This document shows positions 19,513 to 29,745 of a DNA stretch of 64,000 bases, one piece after another (the stretch's first letter is position 1; each line of letters starts with the position of its first letter). The notes below the pieces were generated by a model. It saw only the letters and a program-made list of their open reading frames with translations. It made no database searches and had not been told where the DNA came from. Made by a program: the position numbers and the translations under genes. This DNA comes from an uncultured Bacilli bacterium (lineage in GTDB: Bacteria; Bacillota_I; Bacilli_A; RF39; UBA660). The stretch covers positions 4,118 to 68,117 of the forward strand of contig CANQFJ010000004.1 in assembly GCA_947598485.1 (NCBI GenBank), written 5' to 3'.

Positions 19513-20406
19513 TTATTTTTCTTTTTTATCAGTCATCATTTCTTTGATGGCCGTTCCTATTGTGGCCACTGATTGTAAATCACTAGGTACAATAATCTTA
19601 GTAGCTTGACCATCAGCCATATGAGCTAAAGTCTCATAACTTTTAAGAGCTAAAACTGATTTATCAGCATTAGCGCCTTTTAAAAGCTTAATTCCTTCCG
19701 CTTCAGCTGTCTTAATTTTAAGTAAAGCTTCAGCTTCACCTTCGGCTCTTTTAATTCTTGACTCTTTTTCAGCCTCTGCTCTTAAAATAGCACTTTCCTT
19801 TTCACCTTCAGCAATAAGAATGCTAGATTTCTTTTCACCTTCGGCTTGTAATATTTTCTCACGACGCTCACGCTCAGCACGCATTTGTTTTTCCATTGCT
19901 TCTTGAATATCTTTAGGAGGTAATATATTTTTTACCTCAACTCTATTTACCTTAATTCCCCATGGATCAGTTGCTTCATCTAATATTGAGCGCATCTTAG
20001 AATTTATAATATCTCTAGATGTAAGAGTTTGATCAAGTTCTAGTTCACCTATAATATTACGAAGAGTTGTAGCAGTTAAATTTTCAATAGCACTTACGGG
20101 GAATTCAACTCCATAAGTATAAAGTTTAGGGTCGGTAATTTGAAAATAAACTACTGTATCTATTTGCATTGTAACATTATCTTTAGTGATAACAGGTTGG
20201 GGATCAAAATCTTTAACAATTTCTTTAAGAGTTACAACATTTGCCACCCTATCAATAAATGGAATTTTAAAATGCAGTCCATTTTTCCAGGTAGTGAAAT
20301 AAGATCCTAATCTTTCAATAACATAGCTTTTTGCTTGAGGTACAATTTTAATATTAGGTATAACTATTATAACAATAATAACTAAAATAACAATTAAAAA
20401 TGGCAT
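19513..20406 (-). CDS. SPFH/band-7 (stomatin/QmcA-like) protein
   Basis: N-terminal TM, IVPQAKSYVIERLG, TKDNVTMQIDTVVYFQITDP, and an EAxxAE-rich C-terminal coiled region. Confidence 0.9.
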   Translation of the reverse strand: MPFLIVILVIIVIIVIPNIKIVPQAKSYVIERLGSYFTTWKNGLHFKIPFIDRVANVVTLKEIVKDFDPQPVITKDNVTMQIDTVVYFQITDPKLYTYGVEFPVSAIENLTATTLRNIIGELELDQTLTSRDIINSKMRSILDEATDPWGIKVNRVEVKNILPPKDIQEAMEKQMRAERERREKILQAEGEKKSSILIAEGEKESAILRAEAEKESRIKRAEGEAEALLKIKTAEAEGIKLLKGANADKSVLALKSYETLAHMADGQATKIIVPSDLQSVATIGTAIKEMMTDKKEK

Positions 20407-20408
20407 AT

Positions 20409-20828
20409 TTAATCCTCCTTCTTTCTAACGACTAATTTAACACCATTTATAGCTTCCACTATAACTTCGTCATCAACTTTTAAATTTTCTTTACTTTCAG
20501 CACTCCATTTTTTGCCATCAACTTTTACTTCCCCAATTTCATGTTTTTTAATAGGTTCCGTAACAATAGCAGTCATGCCTACTACTCGATCTAAATTTGT
20601 TTTAACTTCTTTAGGCTTTATAAGCTTTTCTAACAGTTTTCTCGTAGTAAGTAGAAGAATTATACCTAGAATAACAAAAATAGCAAATTGGACATAAAAA
20701 TTATCATAAAAAATGGATACTACTAAGGAAACTATGCCACTTGCTATAAACCATACCGATACTAAGTTGACAGTAGATAGCTCAATAAAGGCAAGAACCA
20801 AAACGATTATTAGCCAAACAAGCCACAT
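20409..20828 (-). CDS. NfeD-family membrane protein
   Basis: Three TM helices plus a C-terminal OB-like GEVKVDGKKWSAES...VIVEAINGVKLVV. Lies upstream of the SPFH gene, the classic pairing. Confidence 0.8.
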   Translation of the reverse strand: MWLVWLIIVLVLAFIELSTVNLVSVWFIASGIVSLVVSIFYDNFYVQFAIFVILGIILLLTTRKLLEKLIKPKEVKTNLDRVVGMTAIVTEPIKKHEIGEVKVDGKKWSAESKENLKVDDEVIVEAINGVKLVVRKKED

Positions 20829-20933
20829 CTTTACATCATCACTCCTCTTATGATTAATATACTATTAATTTATGCTTTTTACAAGAATGAAAAGACAAAA
20901 AAAGATAGCATAAACTTTATGCTATCAATAATA

Positions 20934-21881
20934 CTATTTATCTCCTTCTTCAAGCATGGTTGTAATAAATATTCCATAACCTGTCGTTGGATTATCGACT
21001 ATAACATGGGTAAGTACGCCAACAATTTTATTATCTTGAATGATAGGTGATCCACTCATGCCTTGAACTACCCCACCTGTTTTATCAATTAAACTATTAC
21101 TATTTATTTTAAAACTTATATTTTTAGTCTTAGCAGTATCATTTATTTTAGTTATTTCAATTGGATACTCCTCTATTTTATCTTGCTTTAAAACAGTTCT
21201 AATATAAGCTTCTCCTATCTTAGGTGTACCAACTTCTAAAGCTTCACCCTTAGGATCATCATAGGTTCCAAAAATTCCATAATCAGTATTTTTTTCAATA
21301 TTACCAAAATGAACATCATAATTGAAAGTTGCTATCTTACTACCGGCTCTACCTGGTAAGCTTCTCTCAATCCCTGTAATATAACTTGGGAAAATATACC
21401 CTGAATCTATTTCCATTTTTATACTTGTATTACCTTCAATTATTTCATGACCTAAAGCACCATAAACTTTGGTTTCAGGGTCAATATAAGATAAAGTTCC
21501 TATTCCCTTTATACCATCTTTAACATAAAGACCTGTTTTATATTTTCCCGAAGATTTTATAATATTAAAATCACAAATATATTCTTTATTATCTCTTAAA
21601 TAAGTTACTTTGACTACTTTATCTTGAGCATATTTTTCAATGCTACTTGTTAAGTCATCTAAATTACTAACTTCATCATCATTAATTTTAATTATATAGT
21701 CTCCGATTTTAAGATCTGATTTATTATATTTATTATCAACTTTGTAAAAGCCAATTACCATTACACCTTTAGTTTTTACCTCAACACCAATGCTTTGACC
21801 TCCCGGAATAATATAATTAGAATAAGCAAAAGCATTTAAGGGACAAAATAAAATAGTTAATAAAAATAACATCTTTTTCAT
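20934..21881 (-). CDS. spoIVB: SpoIVB peptidase (S55), short form
   Basis: Signal peptide, PDZ (IGDYIIKINDDEV), GTLSYIDPETKVYGALGHEI and GGVVQGMSGSPIIQDNKIVGVLTHV catalytic regions. Confidence 0.8.
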   Translation of the reverse strand: MKKMLFLLTILFCPLNAFAYSNYIIPGGQSIGVEVKTKGVMVIGFYKVDNKYNKSDLKIGDYIIKINDDEVSNLDDLTSSIEKYAQDKVVKVTYLRDNKEYICDFNIIKSSGKYKTGLYVKDGIKGIGTLSYIDPETKVYGALGHEIIEGNTSIKMEIDSGYIFPSYITGIERSLPGRAGSKIATFNYDVHFGNIEKNTDYGIFGTYDDPKGEALEVGTPKIGEAYIRTVLKQDKIEEYPIEITKINDTAKTKNISFKINSNSLIDKTGGVVQGMSGSPIIQDNKIVGVLTHVIVDNPTTGYGIFITTMLEEGDK

Positions 21882-21939
21882 ACTTCATCACATTATTTAT
21901 TATTAACTATTATAAAATTACTATATTGGAAATATCTTC

Positions 21940-24390
21940 CTAGCTCTTAACCACTTGGGTTTCCGGGGTTACCAAATTTTGGCTATTTTCAGTGGTAACA
22001 AATGTTCTTTGAACTGCAGGTTCAAAGTCAAATTCTATTTTAGCATCAATAAAATTATCGGCAATTGCTTCGGCGCTTAAAATAGGTCTTATTTCATATT
22101 TAGGATCAAGTAATTGGTCCAAATCAGCCTTGCTTTGCTCTATATTTTCTTCTTGATTATGCTCTTCTTGATTAGCATATTGATAGTTTTCTACCATGCC
22201 TGTATTTTCCTCTTCTATTTCTTTGGACGCAAGTGTTAATAGTTCAACCTCAGGTTCACTAGGTAAAGGTTCCGTATTCATATTCAAATTCATATTTATA
22301 TTTAGGGCATCTGCTGCAGGAATAGTTTCAATATTTGTATCTTGTTGAACAGGAGCCACAACTGTAGGACTTTCTGGCTCTAAATCCAAATAATCAACAC
22401 TTGGATTATTATCAATAACATTCTTTCTTTTCTTATTAACTATGTATAAGGCTCCTACAGTTGCACCTGCAATAGCTAAAGTTCCCCCGCCAAAGTAAAA
22501 CCATTTGGATAAATCACTATTTGCGCCTATTATACTTTTTTCATCAGTTTTATTTTCTTCTTGCTTTTCTTCTTCAGGAAGACTCTTACTAATAGCATAA
22601 CTAGCATTATTATCGATAGTAAATTCTAAATACCCATTTGTAATAGGCATTTGTTTTGTAGCTAGCTTTCCATCACTAATAAAGTATAAATTATAATTAT
22701 CTTTAAAAGAATCGACGAAATAACGATATACAGTACCCATCGGAATATTAGATTCATTTGTATTAATAGCAAAATATGGTGAATCAAGTTTGAATATATC
22801 GTCAGTAATAGTATTACTAAATTTTAAAGATATTAAACCTTCATTAGCAATATTTTTACCATCAATTATTATTTGGCCATTAATATTACCAAAATCATCC
22901 ACTAAATTAACTCTTAATTTTTTTTGCGTTTCTCTTAGTTTAGTAACAACTACGTCTTCTAAGAGTATGCTTTCTGAATTTAAACTTACTTGGGTTGCAA
23001 CATCGCCATCACTATCCAAAGCATTTAAAAGGGCTTCACTATTAAATTCGGTAATTGGCATTTCATCATTTCTCGTAATTATTATTTGATAAGTTTTAAC
23101 ATCTCCATTCGTAGCTATAACTTCTATAAGGACATTATTACTCCCTACCTTTAAAATATCCTCAGCAATAATTTTAACTGTAGCATAAGAACTATCTGTT
23201 TCATAGTTAATTTCAAGTTTTTCTTGTGAATATGGTACGGTTAATACATAATTTAAGGTATCTTTATTAAAGGCAAAGTTAGCTCCCGTTATGTTTAGTG
23301 ATTTTAAATAATTATTTTTAGCATTAGCATCTTCTTCAGTAGGAGAATTATTAAAAGAGTTGTTTTTGCTATTTCGCGTAATGATAATATTATAAGAGGC
23401 CGAAATACCACTTTCAGATACTGCCGTTACAACAAAAGTATTCTCTCCTACGCTTAAAAAGTAATCACCTGTTCCAGAAATAGTTGTTTTACCATCATTA
23501 GCCGTCGCCTTGATAGTAACTTTTTTAACATCATTTTCAACCGTTGCTGTGTAATATGCTCCCCCATTAAACTTAATATTCGTATCACTTACCGAAAGTG
23601 ACGAAAGGGAAATATCAGTAGAACCTTTAATTGGTCTAGTAATATTCAAGGTATACGTTCTTTGGGCTCCGTTTGGAGCAATAACAGTAACATAATATGT
23701 ATTTAATCCTAAATTTAAAGTTGCATAGCCCAAGCCTTGAACTGAAGCTGCGCCATCTTCTGCCGTAGCATAAATATTAGTAGCAACATCATCAACAGTC
23801 ACATTATAAGATAAAGTGTCCCGATTAAAGGCCGGTGAAAGAGTACCACCACTTACACTTAATGAACTCAAATAATTATTTGAGCTTACCTCAGGAACGG
23901 GTATAACATTTACATTTGTCGATCCTGATGCAGTAACTATATTATAATTATTTGTATCTGCATCAGCAGTTCCATCGACAGTAAAGCTAAAACTACCTGT
24001 TCCTATTGAATTTAAAGCTCTAAAAGTAAAGATTGCTACATTTTCACTTCTAAGAGGATTAGTGCCTCCGCCTGTATCAACGTATAAAAATACAATTTTT
24101 CCTCCCGTATCATTTGTACTTACATCACCAGGTTGGGAAGGATATGGTGCACTTGCCGATACAAATTGAAATTTACTAGTATCATAATTTAAATTAATTG
24201 TATTACTAGCTATTCCATTTACTGCCCCAGAAACGTTTACGTAGATATTAAATTCTGAACCAGGATAAACATCCGTACTTGAAGAACTTATACTGTAGTT
24301 AACATCTACACCATCAGCCTTTGTCAAAAAAGGACATAAAACCAATGCTAAAGCAGTAACAATTAATATTTTTCTTATATATTTTTTCAT
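21940..24390 (-). CDS. membrane-anchored surface protein: N-terminal cohesin-like module, three cadherin-like beta-sandwich modules, C-terminal TM and acidic cytoplasmic tail
   Basis: Signal peptide. GSEFNIYVNVSGAVNGIASNTINLNYDTSKFQFVS ... GGKIVFLYVDTGGGTN ... VAIFTFRAL follows the cohesin strand pattern. Repeats LSSLSVSGGTLSPAFNRDTLSYNVTV, LSSLSVSDTNIKFNGG and LKSLNITGANFAFNKDTLNYVLTV. TM WFYFGGGTLAIAGATVGALYIV followed by KKRK. Confidence 0.65.
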   Translation of the reverse strand: MKKYIRKILIVTALALVLCPFLTKADGVDVNYSISSSSTDVYPGSEFNIYVNVSGAVNGIASNTINLNYDTSKFQFVSASAPYPSQPGDVSTNDTGGKIVFLYVDTGGGTNPLRSENVAIFTFRALNSIGTGSFSFTVDGTADADTNNYNIVTASGSTNVNVIPVPEVSSNNYLSSLSVSGGTLSPAFNRDTLSYNVTVDDVATNIYATAEDGAASVQGLGYATLNLGLNTYYVTVIAPNGAQRTYTLNITRPIKGSTDISLSSLSVSDTNIKFNGGAYYTATVENDVKKVTIKATANDGKTTISGTGDYFLSVGENTFVVTAVSESGISASYNIIITRNSKNNSFNNSPTEEDANAKNNYLKSLNITGANFAFNKDTLNYVLTVPYSQEKLEINYETDSSYATVKIIAEDILKVGSNNVLIEVIATNGDVKTYQIIITRNDEMPITEFNSEALLNALDSDGDVATQVSLNSESILLEDVVVTKLRETQKKLRVNLVDDFGNINGQIIIDGKNIANEGLISLKFSNTITDDIFKLDSPYFAINTNESNIPMGTVYRYFVDSFKDNYNLYFISDGKLATKQMPITNGYLEFTIDNNASYAISKSLPEEEKQEENKTDEKSIIGANSDLSKWFYFGGGTLAIAGATVGALYIVNKKRKNVIDNNPSVDYLDLEPESPTVVAPVQQDTNIETIPAADALNINMNLNMNTEPLPSEPEVELLTLASKEIEEENTGMVENYQYANQEEHNQEENIEQSKADLDQLLDPKYEIRPILSAEAIADNFIDAKIEFDFEPAVQRTFVTTENSQNLVTPETQVVKS

Positions 24391-27300
24391 TAAAGTTCAC
24401 CTCCACCATCAAGTTTTAAAATATGTCTTTGCATTTTCAAAATACCAATACTATTTATACCATTACCCGTTATATTTCCGGCCATAAGTTGTAAATCAGT
24501 AAGGGGTTTATTTTTATCAAGTTCTAATATGTGTCGCTTCATTATCAGCATATCATCGGCTTGTATTTGGCCATCGCCATTTAAGTCACCTTTAATAACG
24601 CCTATAAAAGATCCGACTACTTGGCCACCAATCTTATATTCAATTTTAGTGCCCGTAGCAATTTTCGCGTTATTTTTATTCGTAATGCTTAAAATCATGC
24701 CATCTTTTTGCAGATTCTCTTCAGAAAGATTTTCCGGTATTATTAGATAGCCATTATCATATCTTGCTGCTAACTCATTATCAAGCACATAAACGGTAGC
24801 TTCATGCGTAATATATGTTCCATCTGCGGTAGTCACCCTTATTTTGGCCTGTCCAGGACTTACACCTTGTAATTTATTCTTATTAATTACCTTAACGATA
24901 CTCTCATCTTCACTTTCTAAAGTAACTCCCTTATATGTCGCATTGTTCGGAGTTGTGGTAAGATTTACCTCAGAATTAACAGATGCAAATAAGTTTTTAG
25001 CTCCGGCTTCCGTAAAGTCTTGAATATATATAACCGGATTTTCTTTTATGTTAGGCAAAATGCCATTAGTTATATCCCAGTCAGAACCAAATCCTGAATA
25101 TGTATGCGAATCTTTAAGCTGTGATTTTAAAACCCTTGTACCGTTATAATTACAATTATTATCACTTAAGTAAATTATGTTTGACATATCTAGTTGTTCA
25201 TCACTATACCCATTATAAGGAGTTGTACATGAAGGGCTATTTTCTATTGCCAAATCTACAGCATTTTTTAGACTATTATTAGATAATGCAGCGCTATGAA
25301 AGAATGTCGATATTGCCGATCTATTGTTAGATACTAATCCTTGATTTAAGGCATTAGTTATTGTTGAATTGCTACCCAGGTACCCTACTATCTCGCCTGA
25401 CTTATTTCCTGACAAGCTTGTTTCATTGACAACGTTTTTAAAATCGGTATCTTCGGCATAACCAATTATGCCTCCCACATAAGCACTTGTGCTACTTGTC
25501 GATAGATTTCCTTCGGTTAAAACATTAGTTATCGTTGACCTATAAGCTTCGCTTGCAAGCACTCCAGAGTTATTTCCGGTTGATGTTAAATCAGCGTTTT
25601 TAATTTTCAGATTACTAATGGAAGCTTCGATTTTATAAAATAATCCTGTGCTATCATTTGCTTGTTTTAAATTATATATGGTATGGCCGTTACCATCTAA
25701 TGAGCCTCGAAACTTATCAGTTATATTTTTGCCTATAGGCTCAAAATTACTACTTGATAATGTTATATCATTTGCTAGCTCAAAATCACTAAATTTATAT
25801 TCAAAGGTTGTTAAATACTTTAAATCTGCTTCATTTTTAATTTCATAAACAGTTTTACCCGAGATACTTTTACTTGCTAAAGAAATACCATTAGCAAAAG
25901 AGTTCTTACCAATTAGTTGGCCATTTGCATAAGTTTCAATATAATATATCGAATTATTATCAAAAGATCTTGGTATCGTAATTGTACCTTTATAAGCTCC
26001 TGCGACTACAATAGTTTGATTATCACTATAATCGGCAATAGTGTTACCATAAATATCTTTTATTTTAAAATTTAATCTAGTACCAGTGGGAAGATTATTT
26101 ATTTTACTATTTACATCGGCTTTATATGTGCCATTGCTCTGTCTTTTAATATTTAAATCAATTATTGTTGTAGCACTTGCTTCACTTTGTGTATTACTAG
26201 TAAAGGCATATACTTTAGTAGGCTTTGTAAAAAGACTTCCCTTTGATGGCTTTATATAAATTACAAAATCTTCTTGCGTAAGTAATTCATCATGAGCTTC
26301 AACACTATATCTTCCCGGAGTATCCGCATTAACGGAACCAATTAAAGTGTATTCATCAGAAGAATTATCTCCATAGTAAACTTCATAAGTTACAGCAGAA
26401 GTGGTATTAGTTTCAAAAGTTACTCTTTTTAATTTTTCAGTAGGACTTGGTTTATAAAATACGTATTTTTGCTTATACCCTGATTCACTTATATTAGTTT
26501 GAGGAGCTAAAGAATTATATGAATTGTCATAATCTTTACGTACAACACTTGTTATACCTCCTGCTTCAAGATAATCAGAATCATAAGCTAAATAAACATA
26601 AGGGCTATAATCATTTCCCCATGAATTTTTTAAAATCCAAGCTCCATTTACTTTGTAATAACGTCCCCCTCCATTAGTACAAGAAGATTCGTTAACATTT
26701 GCTACAGTTGTTCCAGTATTAGGATAAGCACAATAAGAAAGGCTATAATTATCATCCCAGCCCACAATAGCCATCGCGTGAGTACCATTATAAGTATAAT
26801 TAGTTGTGGATTTTTCACAAGCTTCATTCCAGTTTATTAAACCAGTTTGTCCATTTTTAGAAACGTCAACATAACAAGCTTTACTCGTTGCCCATTGCGG
26901 TGCTAATGTCGAAATATATACTGCGCCATTATTTATTATGTGATTTTTGACTTTATTGCGCCAAGTGGTTTTAGTGGCTTCTGAGTCTTTACGATTTACA
27001 CTTGTAAATCTTACATAACCTGTAACCAAGTATTTACTATTATTTAAATTAAATATATCATTAAGACTCATGGCATTATAATATTCATTCCAATTGGTCC
27101 ATACACCCTCTTTAGTTACGGGCGAAACACCCATTGCATAATAACTTGTTGCACTACTAAAAGTACCTCCAGATCCTAAGCTTCTGGTAGAGGCATATGG
27201 ATTAAAGCCTTCCGTAAAGACATATGTATCTTTGGCACCTGCATAATCAAGTTGTCTTTCGGAAAAAACATCTGATGAAATATCTTTTTTTAATAAATAG

Positions 27301-27704
27301 GATTCTAAAGAAGCATTAGCAGCAAAAGCCCAACAAAGTCCTAAACTTCCTTGGTTCTTTACTGCGGAAACATCACTACTATTTCTTAAATCATATGCCT
27401 CAGGGACTGTAGCAATATAAGAAATAGCATTATATGATCCTTTTTTTAAATAGTAGTTCTTGCTATTTTCATTATCGTTTAAAATTATATATTTTTCCGG
27501 TATAACATCCCATTTAGCTTTTTCTTCATCACTTAAACTATTGTAATATTCCCACTTCGGATTAATAACACCATTTTCTTCGGTAACATCTTCATTAATA
27601 TAAAAAGAATTGTTCTCATTAATACTTTCTGCCGATGATTTAGTTGGTAAAATGATAAGCATTAAAGCCAAGCAAAAAAATAAATATTTTATATGCCTTT
27701 TCAT
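24390..27704 (-). CDS. secreted papain-like (C1) cysteine protease with repeat region, Big_2-like domain and C-terminal dockerin
   Basis: Signal peptide. VKNQGSLGLCWAFAANASLESY (Cys), GTHAMAIVGWDD (His), WILKNSWG (Asn-Ser-Trp). C-terminal GDLNGDGQIQADDMLIMKRHIL plus a degenerate second segment GNITGNGINSIGILKMQRHIL. Confidence 0.75.
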   Translation of the reverse strand: MKRHIKYLFFCLALMLIILPTKSSAESINENNSFYINEDVTEENGVINPKWEYYNSLSDEEKAKWDVIPEKYIILNDNENSKNYYLKKGSYNAISYIATVPEAYDLRNSSDVSAVKNQGSLGLCWAFAANASLESYLLKKDISSDVFSERQLDYAGAKDTYVFTEGFNPYASTRSLGSGGTFSSATSYYAMGVSPVTKEGVWTNWNEYYNAMSLNDIFNLNNSKYLVTGYVRFTSVNRKDSEATKTTWRNKVKNHIINNGAVYISTLAPQWATSKACYVDVSKNGQTGLINWNEACEKSTTNYTYNGTHAMAIVGWDDNYSLSYCAYPNTGTTVANVNESSCTNGGGRYYKVNGAWILKNSWGNDYSPYVYLAYDSDYLEAGGITSVVRKDYDNSYNSLAPQTNISESGYKQKYVFYKPSPTEKLKRVTFETNTTSAVTYEVYYGDNSSDEYTLIGSVNADTPGRYSVEAHDELLTQEDFVIYIKPSKGSLFTKPTKVYAFTSNTQSEASATTIIDLNIKRQSNGTYKADVNSKINNLPTGTRLNFKIKDIYGNTIADYSDNQTIVVAGAYKGTITIPRSFDNNSIYYIETYANGQLIGKNSFANGISLASKSISGKTVYEIKNEADLKYLTTFEYKFSDFELANDITLSSSNFEPIGKNITDKFRGSLDGNGHTIYNLKQANDSTGLFYKIEASISNLKIKNADLTSTGNNSGVLASEAYRSTITNVLTEGNLSTSSTSAYVGGIIGYAEDTDFKNVVNETSLSGNKSGEIVGYLGSNSTITNALNQGLVSNNRSAISTFFHSAALSNNSLKNAVDLAIENSPSCTTPYNGYSDEQLDMSNIIYLSDNNCNYNGTRVLKSQLKDSHTYSGFGSDWDITNGILPNIKENPVIYIQDFTEAGAKNLFASVNSEVNLTTTPNNATYKGVTLESEDESIVKVINKNKLQGVSPGQAKIRVTTADGTYITHEATVYVLDNELAARYDNGYLIIPENLSEENLQKDGMILSITNKNNAKIATGTKIEYKIGGQVVGSFIGVIKGDLNGDGQIQADDMLIMKRHILELDKNKPLTDLQLMAGNITGNGINSIGILKMQRHILKLDGGGEL

Positions 27705-27783
27705 ATTAACCTTACTCCTATTATAAACATTTTACCAAATAAATTAAAAAAGTACAATTAAAAGGGATAAAAAAAATAGCATC

Positions 27784-28008
27784 TTAGCTATTTTCAACTT
27801 CAAAATCTTTAAGCTCACCAGTTTCAGTTAAAATTTTATTTACTTTATCGGTAGCATCCTTTAATTTTTCAGAGCAAAACTTAGACAACTCCATGGCTTC
27901 TGTATATTTTTTAATAGCATTATCTAAGTCAATATTGCCATTTTCTAGTTCCTTAACTATTTTTTCTAAACTATCTAATGCACTTTCAAATGTTTGTTCT
28001 TCTTTCAT
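27784..28008 (-). CDS. xseB: exodeoxyribonuclease VII small subunit
   Basis: 74 aa. FESALDSLEKIVKELENGNIDLDNAIKKYTEAMELSKFC. 4-nt overlap with xseA. Confidence 0.85.
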   Translation of the reverse strand: MKEEQTFESALDSLEKIVKELENGNIDLDNAIKKYTEAMELSKFCSEKLKDATDKVNKILTETGELKDFEVENS

Positions 28009-29270
28009 TTTCTAACCTCCGTTACTTCTGCTAAAACTTCTCCAGTATACATTTTTATTTCAATATTACTACCCTTTTTTAGTTTACTAGCATCTTTTAA
28101 AACTTCATTATCACTTTTAACAATGCTGTACCCTTTTTCTAAGATTCCTAAGGGATTAAGTAGTTTTAAACTATTAATCATGAGTAGTAATTTATTCTCT
28201 CTTTTCTCAATAAGCTGTTTCGGATTTTGCAATACACTACTTGTTAAAATTTCTTTAGCCTTTTTTTCTTTGTTATAAATAATATTGAGAACATTATTTT
28301 TGGCCCGATCAATTAAATTATCAACTTTTTGTTCTTTTATTTCATAGATGCTCATAGGATTTTTTAAAATATATGATCTTTTAAATCTTTCTAAGGTAAT
28401 AAATTTTTCATTAACCAAGTTTTTAATAAACTTATTAAGCCTTATTGTATAATTTTCTATCAAAGCATTAACGTCCATGATAGTTGGTACAGCCATTTCG
28501 GCGGCTCCCGTCGGAGTAGGAGCTCTAAGATCTGCAACAAAATCGGCTATCGTAAAATCTATTTCATGTCCTACTGCACTTATTATGGGAGTATTACACT
28601 CAAAAATAGCTCTAGCAACACATTCTTCATTAAAGGCCCAAAGATCTTCAATAGATCCTCCACCTCTACCAACAATCAAAGTATCTAAATTATAAGTATC
28701 TGCTATTTTTATTTGCTTAACAATATTATCTTTAGCCCCATCGCCTTGGACTAAACTAGGAAAAAGAATAACTTCACAAATTGGATATCTTCTTTTAATA
28801 GTAGAAATAATATCTCTAACAGCAGCTCCTGTAGATGCCGTAACAACTCCTATGCGATTTGGATACTTAGGAATCTTTTTCTTATGCTCCGGTGCAAATA
28901 AACCTTCTTGTTCTAGTTTTTTCTTAAGCTTTTCATATTCAATAAATAATTTACCAATGCCATCCATTTCCATCTTATCAACATATATTTGATAACTACC
29001 TGTCGCAGGATAAGCACTAATACGTCCCTCGACTAAAACATTCATTCCATCTTCAGGTACAAAGGTTAAGTTTTTAGCAGCCGAAGCAAACATTACGGCA
29101 TTAATTCTTCCCCCTTCATCTTTTAAAGAAAAATAAAGATGTCCCCGGGTATGGTTTTTAAAATTAGATATTTCTCCAGAAATAAAGACTTTGCCTAAAA
29201 ATGGATCACCATCTAAAATCATTTTAATATAGTTATTAATTTCACTTACTTTTAAATACTCATGTTCCAT
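28005..29270 (-). CDS. xseA: exodeoxyribonuclease VII large subunit
   Basis: N-terminal OB (VFISGEISNFKNHTRGHLYFSLKD), IGVVTASTGAAVRDI, IVGRGGGSIEDLWAFNEE, ISAVGHEIDFTIADFVAD. Confidence 0.92.
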   Translation of the reverse strand: MEHEYLKVSEINNYIKMILDGDPFLGKVFISGEISNFKNHTRGHLYFSLKDEGGRINAVMFASAAKNLTFVPEDGMNVLVEGRISAYPATGSYQIYVDKMEMDGIGKLFIEYEKLKKKLEQEGLFAPEHKKKIPKYPNRIGVVTASTGAAVRDIISTIKRRYPICEVILFPSLVQGDGAKDNIVKQIKIADTYNLDTLIVGRGGGSIEDLWAFNEECVARAIFECNTPIISAVGHEIDFTIADFVADLRAPTPTGAAEMAVPTIMDVNALIENYTIRLNKFIKNLVNEKFITLERFKRSYILKNPMSIYEIKEQKVDNLIDRAKNNVLNIIYNKEKKAKEILTSSVLQNPKQLIEKRENKLLLMINSLKLLNPLGILEKGYSIVKSDNEVLKDASKLKKGSNIEIKMYTGEVLAEVTEVRK

Positions 29271-29289
29271 TCTAGACCTCTTCTATTAG

Positions 29290-29688
29290 TTAAATTTCTT
29301 TTATTACTTTATCAAGTACAGCATTAATAATTTTTCTTACGGAATCATCACTATACTTTTTAGCAAGTTCTATAGCTTCATTAATAATGACAACTTCGGG
29401 AGTATCCGTATATTTAAGCTCAAACAAAGCTATCTCTAAAATAGCTTTCCCGGTTTTATCAATCCGATCGATATCCCAATCAACCATATGGCTATTGGCT
29501 AGTTTATCAAGCTCATCCTTATATGTTTCCACTCCATAAACTAGTTCTTTAACAAACTCATTATCCACTTCAACATTTTCTTTTATTTTATTATCAATTT
29601 CATAATCAATATTATTTTCTCTATCAATATTTATTTGATAGATAATAATCATTGCCTTTTCTCTTAAATAACTTCTTGTATATGCCAT
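29290..29688 (-). CDS. nusB: transcription antitermination factor NusB
   Basis: 132 aa. REKAMIIIYQ, DRIDKTGKAILEIALFEL, INEAIELAKKY, NAVLDKV. Confidence 0.85.
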   Translation of the reverse strand: MAYTRSYLREKAMIIIYQINIDRENNIDYEIDNKIKENVEVDNEFVKELVYGVETYKDELDKLANSHMVDWDIDRIDKTGKAILEIALFELKYTDTPEVVIINEAIELAKKYSDDSVRKIINAVLDKVIKEI

Positions 29689-29745
29689 AATATATCTCCT
29701 AAAACATTTATTTACTATATCACACTTTACTTAGAAATGACATAT

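Noticed and set aside
20850-21050. 66-aa plus-strand ORF between nfeD and spoIVB.
   Set aside because: It overlaps the 3' end of spoIVB antisense, has no RBS, and has a low-complexity translation.
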